NCBI GenBank assembly: GCA_016839515.1
Contig: JAEOUE010000195.1
Span: forward strand, 1-18,245
Reading direction: 5' to 3'
DNA length: 18,245 nucleotides
Origin: Candidatus Hodarchaeum mangrovi
GTDB taxonomy: Archaea; Asgardarchaeota; Heimdallarchaeia; Hodarchaeales; Hodarchaeaceae
The notes under the pieces: model-generated
Databases searched by the model: none
Seen by the model: the letters and a program-made list of their open reading frames with translations, nothing else
What the model was told of the DNA's origin: nothing
Shown: positions 1 to 7,543 of the stretch, piece after piece
Position numbering within the stretch: position 1 is the stretch's first letter
How the letters are laid out: every line of letters starts with the position of its first letter
Position numbers and translations under genes: made by a program

Positions 1-366
1 AGCAAGGTTTGAAGCGTTATCTCGGATATATTTTGAGCAATCCGGAGAAATTATAAGTGGTAATGCTTGATTAATTGCATTACGATAGTATATCCGAGCG
101 AATGACATTGCTATGATACAACTAATTCCTGCTGCTTTTAAACAGGTAACAGCTTGCTCGCGACTAGAACCTGCTCCAAAATTATTACCTGAAACAATGA
201 TATCTCCTTTTGAGACCTGCTTTGCGAATTCAGGTAAATAATCCTCCATAGCATGTTGAGCCATTTGCTCTGGAGTTAGAGGGTCATAAGTATATCGTCC
301 TGGGAAAATAATATCAGTATTAATATTATCTTCTGGAAAGATCCACATTTTACCTTTAAACTTCAC
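1..366 (-). CDS. LeuD/HacB-family small subunit (homoaconitase-like), runs off the left edge of the window
   Basis: Not in the ORF track; translated by hand from GTG at 366 (AGGAG RBS at 380-376, 3 nt after the large-subunit stop): MKFKGKMWIFPEDNINTDIIFPGRYTYDPLTPEQMAQHAMEDYLPEFAKQVSKGDIIVSGNNFGAGSSREQAVTCLKAAGISCIIAMSFARIYYRNAINQALP... Contains the NTD-I-P, NFGxGSSRE and SFARIYYRNAIN swivel-domain motifs. Open to position 1. Confidence 0.93.
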   Translation of the reverse strand, partial: MKFKGKMWIFPEDNINTDIIFPGRYTYDPLTPEQMAQHAMEDYLPEFAKQVSKGDIIVSGNNFGAGSSREQAVTCLKAAGISCIIAMSFARIYYRNAINQALPLIISPDCSKYIRDNASNLA

Positions 367-369
367 TTC

Positions 370-1638
370 TTACATCTCCTCATCGGTGATATATCCAGCT
401 ATTGCGGATTTGGCAACCACAGCTGGGTTAGCAAGATAAATCTCTGCCTCCCTTGTTCCCATACGGCCTTTGAAATTACGATTAGCTGTTGAAATTGCTA
501 TCTCACCCGGAGCTAGACATCCACCATATTCACCTAGACAAGGCCCACATGCTGGAACTCCAATTTGCCCTCCTGCTGCAATGAAGATTTCAATTAATCC
601 CTCTTGAGTTGCTTTCATCAAAATATCACGAGATGCTGGGTAAATTAATAACCGAACATTGGGATTTATCTGTTTATCTTTTAATATTTCAGCAGCAACT
701 CGTAAATCTTCTAGGCGACCATTTGTACAGGTTCCAATTAAAGCTGTATCAATGGATACATGAGGTAATCTTTCTATAGGAACAATATTGTCAACAGAAT
801 GAGGTTGTGCTATTTGAGGACTGAGTTCTGCCAGATCAATTAGTATTTCCTGCTCATAAATTGTATCTTCATCAGCTATCATCTTTTTGTATTTAAAACT
901 AAACTGACGAAACCATTCTTCCGTAATTCGGTCAACAGGAAAGATTCCTGCTTTAGCTCCAGCCTCTGCTGTCATATTACAAATTGTCATACGATCCCCT
1001 ATTGACAGTTTTTCAACTACCTTCCCATAGAACTCCATTGATTTATAGGTAGCTCCATCAGCTGAAATCATACCAATTAGATTCAAAATGATATCTTTTG
1101 CATAGACGCCAGCTTTAATTGGTAAATAATTCTCAAATATCACTTTAATCGTTTCAGGGACTTTTAGATATGTTTCCCCAATTGCCCAAACTGAGGCTGT
1201 TTCGGTTCTGCCAATTGGAATCCCTGCAGCACCAAAAGCTCCATGAGTAGTTGTGTGAGAATCTGATCCCAAGATAATAACATTAGGGGGAACTAATCCT
1301 TTTTCAGGAAGAACTTGATGGCATATCCCTGTTCCTGCATCGTAAAAATGTTTGATCTTCTGGATTTTGACAAATTCCCTAATTATTTTATGGTTTTCAG
1401 CTTTTTTTGAGTCTGGTGGTGGAACTGCATGATCTAAAGCAATAAAAATTCTATCTGGATCCCATACTTTGCCGTTGGGCCCAACTATTTCATAAAAAGT
1501 TTTTGAAATAGCAGCTGAATTATCATGACTAAGGATCATATGAGGTGAGGCGAAAATGATTTCATTTTCTTCGACTTCCTCTTTTTTTGCAGCTTTAGCA
1601 AATATTTTCTGGATTAATGATTGAGAAGGCATTTTCAT
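370..1638 (-). CDS. LeuC/HacA-family [4Fe-4S] large subunit, probably homoaconitase
   Basis: Canonical motifs SHDNS, LDHAVP, GICHQV, GSDSHT, GTCTNGR, CGPCLG (three cluster Cys) and STANRNFKGRMG. Directly upstream of its small subunit. Confidence 0.92.
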   Translation of the reverse strand: MKMPSQSLIQKIFAKAAKKEEVEENEIIFASPHMILSHDNSAAISKTFYEIVGPNGKVWDPDRIFIALDHAVPPPDSKKAENHKIIREFVKIQKIKHFYDAGTGICHQVLPEKGLVPPNVIILGSDSHTTTHGAFGAAGIPIGRTETASVWAIGETYLKVPETIKVIFENYLPIKAGVYAKDIILNLIGMISADGATYKSMEFYGKVVEKLSIGDRMTICNMTAEAGAKAGIFPVDRITEEWFRQFSFKYKKMIADEDTIYEQEILIDLAELSPQIAQPHSVDNIVPIERLPHVSIDTALIGTCTNGRLEDLRVAAEILKDKQINPNVRLLIYPASRDILMKATQEGLIEIFIAAGGQIGVPACGPCLGEYGGCLAPGEIAISTANRNFKGRMGTREAEIYLANPAVVAKSAIAGYITDEEM

Positions 1639-1762
1639 GAACCTTTATGACACTATTGATACATAACTTCAAATTCCTTAAGTTATATTTGAGATTTTTT
1701 GCATCGCTTGAAATAAATCTTGTGCAGAAAAGAATTGTTTTTCAGGCGAAACTTTTTTCATC

Positions 1763-1779
1763 GGGAGAGAAATTTAAGT
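1763..1779 (+). promoter_or_regulatory. Putative archaeal BRE/TATA promoter for the second aconitase-family operon
   Basis: Purine-rich GGGAGAGAAA followed by TTTAAGT about 60-75 nt upstream of ATG 1841; GAGGTG RBS just before the ATG. Confidence 0.4.
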
Positions 1780-1840
1780 TCATGGGATATTAGCTATCCT
1801 AAAGCAATAATTTCAGTTTTTACAGAGGATATGAGGTGTT

Positions 1841-3097
1841 ATGAGTAAAACTATTATTGAAAAGATATTAGCAGATCACACTTCCGATAATGTAGCACCA
1901 AGTCAGATTATTTGGTTAAATATTGATGTACGTTCAGCCCGTGATTTTGGAGGAGCGAATGTGGTTAAAAATCTTGAGGAACATTATCCAAAGGAGTCAA
2001 AGATCGCTGATCCTGAAAAAACATTCTTTACATTTGATTGTGTTGTACCTGCCAATAATTTAGGTTATGCAGAAAATCAACAGATTGCACGGATGTTTGC
2101 TAGAAAATACCTTAATCGAAAGAATTTATATGATGTAGATGCTGGGATAGGCTCTCATGTGATGATAGAAAAGGGAATTGCAACACCAAATAGTACTGTT
2201 GTTGGAACTGATTCTCATCTAAATATTTTGGGAGCAATTGGAGCCTTTGGTCAAGGTATGGGAGACCAAGATATTGCATTTACCTTTAAAACAGGAAAAA
2301 CTTGGTTTGAAGTTCCTGAGAGTATGAAAATCACAATTACAGGAGAACCAGCACCAAATTCATATGCTAAGGATATTACTTTAGGCATTCTAGAGCAGAT
2401 CGGGTCGAAAGGAGCTCTAGGGCGATCTATTGAATTCTATGGGTCTACAATAGATTCTCTCAAATTAGCAGGAAGAATTACTCTTGCTTCTATGGTGACC
2501 GAAATGGGGGGAATAATTGGATTGATTGTTCCAAATAATGAAGTAATTAATTATTGTCGTGAACGTGGCAACAAGGAATTTAAAGTACAGAATGCTGATG
2601 CCGACTGTGAGTATTCTCAAAAATTAACCCTCGATTTTTCAGACCTTGAACCTCGAATTGCTCTTCCTCCTTCCCCCTCTAATGTAAAACCTGTTTCTGA
2701 AGTTACCGGTGTTAAAATCGATTCAGTTGTTATTGCTTCATGTACCAATGGACGCTATGAGGATTTTGAGATTGTTGCCAAAATATTGAGAGGAAAAAAG
2801 ATTCATAGAGATGTGATGATGAAAATAGTTCCTGCAACGCAAGAGGTTTATGGTCAATTATTAGAAGCTGGATTAATCAAAATATTTTATGAGGCAGGAG
2901 CTATAATAAGTAATCCAGGTTGCGGAGGATGCGCTTCAGGACAAATAGGTATGACTGGAGCAGGTGAAGTTCAAATTTCTACTGGAAACCGAAATTTTGC
3001 TGGTAAACAAGGAAAAGGAGACACATATCTAACAAGTCCTGCTACTGCAGCAGCTTCTGCGATAAAAGGGGAGATAGTTGTTCCTGGAGTTATATAG
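1841..3097 (+). CDS. Aconitase-superfamily (LeuC-like) large subunit, atypical RDFGG subfamily
   Basis: GTDSH, ASCTNGR, PGCGGC and STGNRNFAGKQG motifs with three cluster Cys retained. Active-site motifs differ from canonical: RD, DC, GIGSHV. Confidence 0.9.
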   Translation: MSKTIIEKILADHTSDNVAPSQIIWLNIDVRSARDFGGANVVKNLEEHYPKESKIADPEKTFFTFDCVVPANNLGYAENQQIARMFARKYLNRKNLYDVDAGIGSHVMIEKGIATPNSTVVGTDSHLNILGAIGAFGQGMGDQDIAFTFKTGKTWFEVPESMKITITGEPAPNSYAKDITLGILEQIGSKGALGRSIEFYGSTIDSLKLAGRITLASMVTEMGGIIGLIVPNNEVINYCRERGNKEFKVQNADADCEYSQKLTLDFSDLEPRIALPPSPSNVKPVSEVTGVKIDSVVIASCTNGRYEDFEIVAKILRGKKIHRDVMMKIVPATQEVYGQLLEAGLIKIFYEAGAIISNPGCGGCASGQIGMTGAGEVQISTGNRNFAGKQGKGDTYLTSPATAAASAIKGEIVVPGVI

Positions 3098-3108
3098 GAG
3101 TTGTTAAG

Positions 3109-3648
3109 ATGACTAAATCAACTATAATTAAAGGTAATGCTATTATTATCAAAGACAGGGATGGAAATGCCATTGATGATATTGATACAGATATGATTTT
3201 TCATAATAAACATTTGCATATCACTAATATAGAAGAAATGGGGAAGTATACGTTCGGAAATCTTCCTGGTTGGGAAAAATTCCCTGAGATAGCTACTAAA
3301 GGTGATATTTTAATAGTTGGGAAAAATTTTGGTGCAGGTTCATCCCGTCAACAAGCTGTCGACTGTTTTACAGCTTTGGGTATCAATCTTATTATCGGAG
3401 AATCATTTGGGGCAATTTATAAACGAAACGCTATCAATTCTGGCATACCACTTATGATTGCTCCTAAAATAATGAATGAATCTCTCAAAACAGGTGATTC
3501 TCTTAAAGTAAATTTAAAAACTGGAGAAATAATAAATCTTACAGTAGATAAGTCATTAGCATTAGCTGAACCTTTATCAAAGGTCCAGATTGATATCTAT
3601 TTAGCTGGAAATCTATTTGCATATGGAAGCAGAATTTTCCAAGGATAA
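3109..3648 (+). CDS. LeuD-like small subunit partnering 1841-3097
   Basis: DIDTDMIFHNKHL, GKNFGAGSSRQQA and SFGAIYKRNAINSG motifs; AGGAG RBS overlapping the upstream stop; 11-nt gap. Confidence 0.9.
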   Translation: MTKSTIIKGNAIIIKDRDGNAIDDIDTDMIFHNKHLHITNIEEMGKYTFGNLPGWEKFPEIATKGDILIVGKNFGAGSSRQQAVDCFTALGINLIIGESFGAIYKRNAINSGIPLMIAPKIMNESLKTGDSLKVNLKTGEIINLTVDKSLALAEPLSKVQIDIYLAGNLFAYGSRIFQG

Positions 3649-3714
3649 AAGCCGATTTCTCCCTGTTTGAATTTAATATTATAGAGTATAGTAATCTAAA
3701 CTTAATAGGGAATT

Positions 3715-4212
3715 TTATTCTCTAAATTTTATGATTTGTATATCTATCTCATAGGTCATTTTCTCAATTTCATATTCAACTGTTGAGACAGACATAGTAA
3801 GCGAAATCGCCATTATTAGAATAGTGATTAATATAGTAACAAGTGCAAGAATAAAACTAAACATAATAAGAGAAGATAAATCTAATGTCAAGACTTCTTG
3901 TGAAAGAATACTAATACATGTTACAATCACAAACACTATTGCTGTAAAGGCAAAGATCATTGCATTCTTAACTAGTCTTGTTTCATTCAGATACATATTC
4001 CTGATCTTAGTTACTACTTCTAAATGCTCTTCTGGGGATTCTATACTTTTTAAAATATTATAATAGCGATCATAGAGTAAAGTTCGATCTTTTAGACGCG
4101 CATATCGATTTTGCATCATGAGGAGGACTAATCCTACTGCACTCATCATGACTATAGGTGATAATGTTGCTGTAATTATTTCTAAGGCAAATTCCATTCC
4201 TTTCACCATCAT
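3715..4212 (-). CDS. DUF2721-like small membrane protein (about 3 TM)
   Basis: N-terminal SPIVMMSAVGLVLLMMQNRYARLKDR matches the P..hh...g.ll....NR..R..DR pattern of DUF2721; two further hydrophobic helices follow. Confidence 0.75.
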   Translation of the reverse strand: MMVKGMEFALEIITATLSPIVMMSAVGLVLLMMQNRYARLKDRTLLYDRYYNILKSIESPEEHLEVVTKIRNMYLNETRLVKNAMIFAFTAIVFVIVTCISILSQEVLTLDLSSLIMFSFILALVTILITILIMAISLTMSVSTVEYEIEKMTYEIDIQIIKFRE

Positions 4213-4322
4213 TTTTTAGAATATTTTTGTCTTTTTAATGCACCCCAAATGAATTCTCTCTAAAGTATTTCACAAAAACCTTTAAATATAGATTACGTAA
4301 AAATAAATTCGTTAAACTGATC

Positions 4323-5111
4323 CTATTCTTTAGTTATTTTATTTTCAGAAAATTGAACTGCTTTAATGAATTGGCTCATTAATTCTTTTGGATTATTTGA
4401 CTTTTCAAGGACTGAAGAAACAACTATAATATCCGAACCTGCTTTAACAAGATCAATTATTTGTTCTTGTCTACTTATTCCTCCTCCTGTTATTAAAACA
4501 GCTTTAGGATTTATCTGGTTCATGTAATGTCTAACACGTCCCACAAGATCTAATCGATTGGCGATAGAGCGTTCAAAATTTCCAGATCCTGCCTCAAGAT
4601 ATAATCCCCACCAATATTTTCTCCACTTCCTTTCAACTTCTTCATAAGCCTCATCATCGGTTAGGTTTCTTGCTTTTAACTTTCTTCCAACGGTTGAATC
4701 GGAACTTAATACTAAATAGCCATATTTTCGATCTTTAGGCCAATGGCGTCCGATCAAGCGTCGTGCCCATTTTGATACCCAATGATATTTTTTACCTAAT
4801 TTAACTAACACCTTAATTGTAAATCTAAAAGTATTCAATAACGTTGGCATTTGAATATAGTCTGCGAAAGACGAAATTTGAAGTGGATGCCCTGGAAAAA
4901 TAACTACTGGAGGTAAATCAATATCTAATTGGTGTAAACGTTTTAAATAACCATGAACACCTCGATAGATTTCATGAGAATCCCCTACCCAGATTTCCAA
5001 AGGTAAAAGGGAAGGATCCTTGGTTTCTGTAAGGATCGTTTTCAAAGCATTAAACATACGTTCTGTTGCTTCTCCCTTGTTTGGATCAATCAGGATAGCG
5101 AATTTTGAAAT
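4323..5111 (-). CDS. Geranylgeranylglyceryl/heptaprenylglyceryl phosphate synthase family (GGGPS/PcrB, group II-like), divergent
   Basis: Motifs VVIFPG, ISSFAD, GYLVL, LYLEAGSG and ITGGGI. The frame is open upstream of ATG 5057 and encodes ISKFAILIDPNKGEATER, containing the family's LIDPDK motif. Start placed at ATT 5111, 10 nt after AGGAG (5126-5122); start position is uncertain. Confidence 0.85.
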   Translation of the reverse strand: MSKFAILIDPNKGEATERMFNALKTILTETKDPSLLPLEIWVGDSHEIYRGVHGYLKRLHQLDIDLPPVVIFPGHPLQISSFADYIQMPTLLNTFRFTIKVLVKLGKKYHWVSKWARRLIGRHWPKDRKYGYLVLSSDSTVGRKLKARNLTDDEAYEEVERKWRKYWWGLYLEAGSGNFERSIANRLDLVGRVRHYMNQINPKAVLITGGGISRQEQIIDLVKAGSDIIVVSSVLEKSNNPKELMSQFIKAVQFSENKITKE

Positions 5112-5251
5112 TCTGATTCAACTCCTAAAAAGTATAAATGCTTTTTAACCGATTCTAGCTCAAATCCCCCCCTTCAAATGAAATAATAAAAAGATTGTCA
5201 TTATGTCATCTAATCATTAGGAAAGAACAGGAAAAAGGATTTGAAAAATTT

Positions 5252-5896
5252 TTGCGAAGGAATATTGATTATCACATTCATAGCACTTTTTCAGATGGTG
5301 AATTACATCCTACAGAGATTTTAAAAGCTGCTGAAGGTAAAAATTTGAAAAGCATTTGTATAACAGATCATTTCTCATTGACAAAGCTTGCTCTAAACGA
5401 GGAAGAACTTGATATATATTTTAATACCTTAGAAAATCAAAATAATTCAGCGTTGTCAATCTTTATGGGACTAGAGGTTGATTTATCTTCCATTAAGGAC
5501 TTTATTTCTTTGACAAAGCATTCTTGGGATTTAATTCTCTTTGAATATGTTTTCTTCTGGCCTGATTGGGAAAAAAAACTACATGAAGTAATTAGATTCA
5601 AAAAAGATTATTTTGACTATAATATAGGTCTGGCACATACTAGATTTACCCGACTTCCAGAATCAAGGATAAATTATGTGCTTTCAAAGATTACTAAATA
5701 TGAGATCATTATTGAGCTAAATACAGGGTATAAGAATTATTTGGACCCTTGGTTTGGCTACCTAGATGAAACTTTTCTTTTTTCATTAGGCTCAGATGCG
5801 CATATGGAATATCAACTTGGAGAAGTTACAGCTGCATGGACTTACCTTGAGTCTAGGGAAATTCCTTCAACTTGTGTTATAGATCTAAAAAAATAA
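5252..5896 (+). CDS. PHP-domain metallo-phosphoesterase (histidinol-phosphatase/YcdX-like)
   Basis: DYHIHSTFSDG, ITDH, GLEVD, LAH, IELN and LGSDAH motifs. ORF is open from 5195; TTG 5252, just before the first motif, is the more likely start. Confidence 0.88.
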   Translation: MRRNIDYHIHSTFSDGELHPTEILKAAEGKNLKSICITDHFSLTKLALNEEELDIYFNTLENQNNSALSIFMGLEVDLSSIKDFISLTKHSWDLILFEYVFFWPDWEKKLHEVIRFKKDYFDYNIGLAHTRFTRLPESRINYVLSKITKYEIIIELNTGYKNYLDPWFGYLDETFLFSLGSDAHMEYQLGEVTAAWTYLESREIPSTCVIDLKK

Positions 5897-5926
5897 AAGA
5901 AAAGAACATAATCTTTATTCATTTCT

Positions 5927-5948
5927 TAAATAAAGGATAAATAAAGGA
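5927..5948. repeat. Perfect 11-bp tandem duplication (TAAATAAAGGA x2)
   Basis: Read directly at 5927-5937 and 5938-5948 in the PHP-DHH spacer. Confidence 0.7.
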
Positions 5949-5969
5949 TTAAAATGGTTTGAAAAGACT

Positions 5970-7025
5970 TTGAAAGAATTTCACATTATTCAGAATATTT
6001 TAGCAGATATACCTGATGATTTAATGCGAGAAAACATCCAATTCATTCATTCATTAGCTTTAATTCCTAAAGAAAAAATAGCTTTTCATGCAGCAGATGC
6101 AGATGGAATTATTTCAGCTGCGATCCTAAAATCATTGCCTAAATATCGTGAAGCCGTTTTTGTTCCTTTACATTATTCTCAATTAAAACATCCCGAATAT
6201 GGTGCTTTTTTAAGTGGATTAAATTGGCTCGCAATAGTAGATCTGCCACCATTTAATAATCATACCCTCGAGCTATATTGTGATCACCATATTTCAAATA
6301 TTTCTACAATAAAAAACGCCTCTCTGGTTTTATTTAATCACGAGGCTCCAAGTGCAGCGAGTATTTTATTATCTTACTTTGATAAGTCTTTAGACATACT
6401 AAACGACCTCAGATTATTAGCTAACTTGACTGAGATTACTGACACATATGGATATACTACTTCTCCACCAATTAACCTTCCTGCTCGATTTTTGGAGTCC
6501 TCAAAGGAGGAACAAGCATGGTTACTGGATGACCTATGCCGCTCTTTAGATTCTACAATAGAAATTCTAGCATTAGTGGAGGGTTTTGTTTGTAATGGAA
6601 CACAAATTTTTGAACAAGAAATATATCTAAATAAAATAAGGTCTTTACGAAAGAGACGTGAAAAGGCAAAAGAAGCTAGTAATAAAATACCAGTAAAGGA
6701 TGCTATAATCATAATTCAAGGTAAGGAAAAAGTGCAATCACCTACTCTAATCCACTATTTATTTGAAAAAGGGGTCAAATTTACCTGTCTATTATACCCT
6801 GGAAAACGTTTCGTGGGTGTATCATTAAGACTTGGACCATTAATTCCAGATGAAAGCCTAAATAAATATCGTGTTGATAAAATTGCCGAGATATTTGAGG
6901 GTGGAGGGCATCCGCGCGCTGCAGGGGGACGAGGGAGTAACCTCGAAAAAACTCTTGATATCATAATTCATTACATGAATAAAAATAAATTCTCTTATGA
7001 TATAGTAGATTTTAGGGAGAAATAA
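5970..7025 (+). CDS. DHH/DHHA1-family phosphoesterase (NrnA/RecJ-like fold)
   Basis: H..DADGIISA (motif I), IVDLP, CDHH, PSAASIL and C-terminal GGGHPRAAGG. Confidence 0.9.
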   Translation: MKEFHIIQNILADIPDDLMRENIQFIHSLALIPKEKIAFHAADADGIISAAILKSLPKYREAVFVPLHYSQLKHPEYGAFLSGLNWLAIVDLPPFNNHTLELYCDHHISNISTIKNASLVLFNHEAPSAASILLSYFDKSLDILNDLRLLANLTEITDTYGYTTSPPINLPARFLESSKEEQAWLLDDLCRSLDSTIEILALVEGFVCNGTQIFEQEIYLNKIRSLRKRREKAKEASNKIPVKDAIIIIQGKEKVQSPTLIHYLFEKGVKFTCLLYPGKRFVGVSLRLGPLIPDESLNKYRVDKIAEIFEGGGHPRAAGGRGSNLEKTLDIIIHYMNKNKFSYDIVDFREK

Positions 7026-7050
7026 AGAATTATGATAAGAATTCTTACAA

Positions 7051-7422
7051 TTATTTTTCAGATGAAGGGTAAGGACCTAATTTACCTGAAACGATCTCAA
7101 CTGGAAATCTATTCTCATTCCTGTTTAATTTTTTCTTGATAATCATTTCTAGATTGAGATTAGCTCGTTCTGAAAGGCTTATACAATAAATTAATATATC
7201 AGCTATCTCATCCTCAAGTTTAATCCTTAAATCAGGGTTGGAAGCTACCATTGAAACTGATTCTTCTATTGTATACCATTGAAACAATTCCATCAACTCT
7301 GCAGCTTCAATTGCAATCGACATAGCCAAATTCTTGGGAGTATGATATTGAGTCCAATTTCTTCGTTGAATAAAGGATTTTACTAAAAATTTAAGGTCTT
7401 TAAAGCAATCATTATCTGTCAT
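7051..7422 (-). CDS. MazG-like nucleotide pyrophosphohydrolase, dCTP pyrophosphatase (DCTPP1/RS21-C6) type
   Basis: RNWTQYHTPKNLAMSIAIEAAELMELFQW, EDEIADILIY and KKLNRNENRFP. ORF is open from 7434; ATG 7422 follows a GGTGA RBS. Confidence 0.92.
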   Translation of the reverse strand: MTDNDCFKDLKFLVKSFIQRRNWTQYHTPKNLAMSIAIEAAELMELFQWYTIEESVSMVASNPDLRIKLEDEIADILIYCISLSERANLNLEMIIKKKLNRNENRFPVEIVSGKLGPYPSSEK

Positions 7423-7543
7423 TGTCATCACCAAAACAAAATAACATTCAAAAAATAGGATAAATTTAAAATATGTATAATTTGTAAAAATTTAAGTATA
7501 TCTCGATAACAATTTTAAAGACAAAAGTTGGATCGATTTTTTC

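Noticed and set aside
1841-3648. Aconitase X / phosphomevalonate dehydratase of the archaeal mevalonate pathway, suggested by proximity to GGGPS
   Set aside because: The motifs (DSH, SCTNGR, CxxC, NRNF, GSSR) are LeuC/LeuD-type, not AcnX-type, and GGGPS is on the opposite strand two genes away.
3824-4063. 79-aa + strand ORF
   Set aside because: Antisense shadow of the DUF2721 gene with no motifs.
5927-5948. Tandem repeat as a CRISPR or iteron remnant
   Set aside because: Only two 11-bp units with no spacers; most likely a slippage duplication.
6374-6964. Minus-strand ORFs 6374-6712 and 6755-6964
   Set aside because: Antisense to the well-supported DHH gene.
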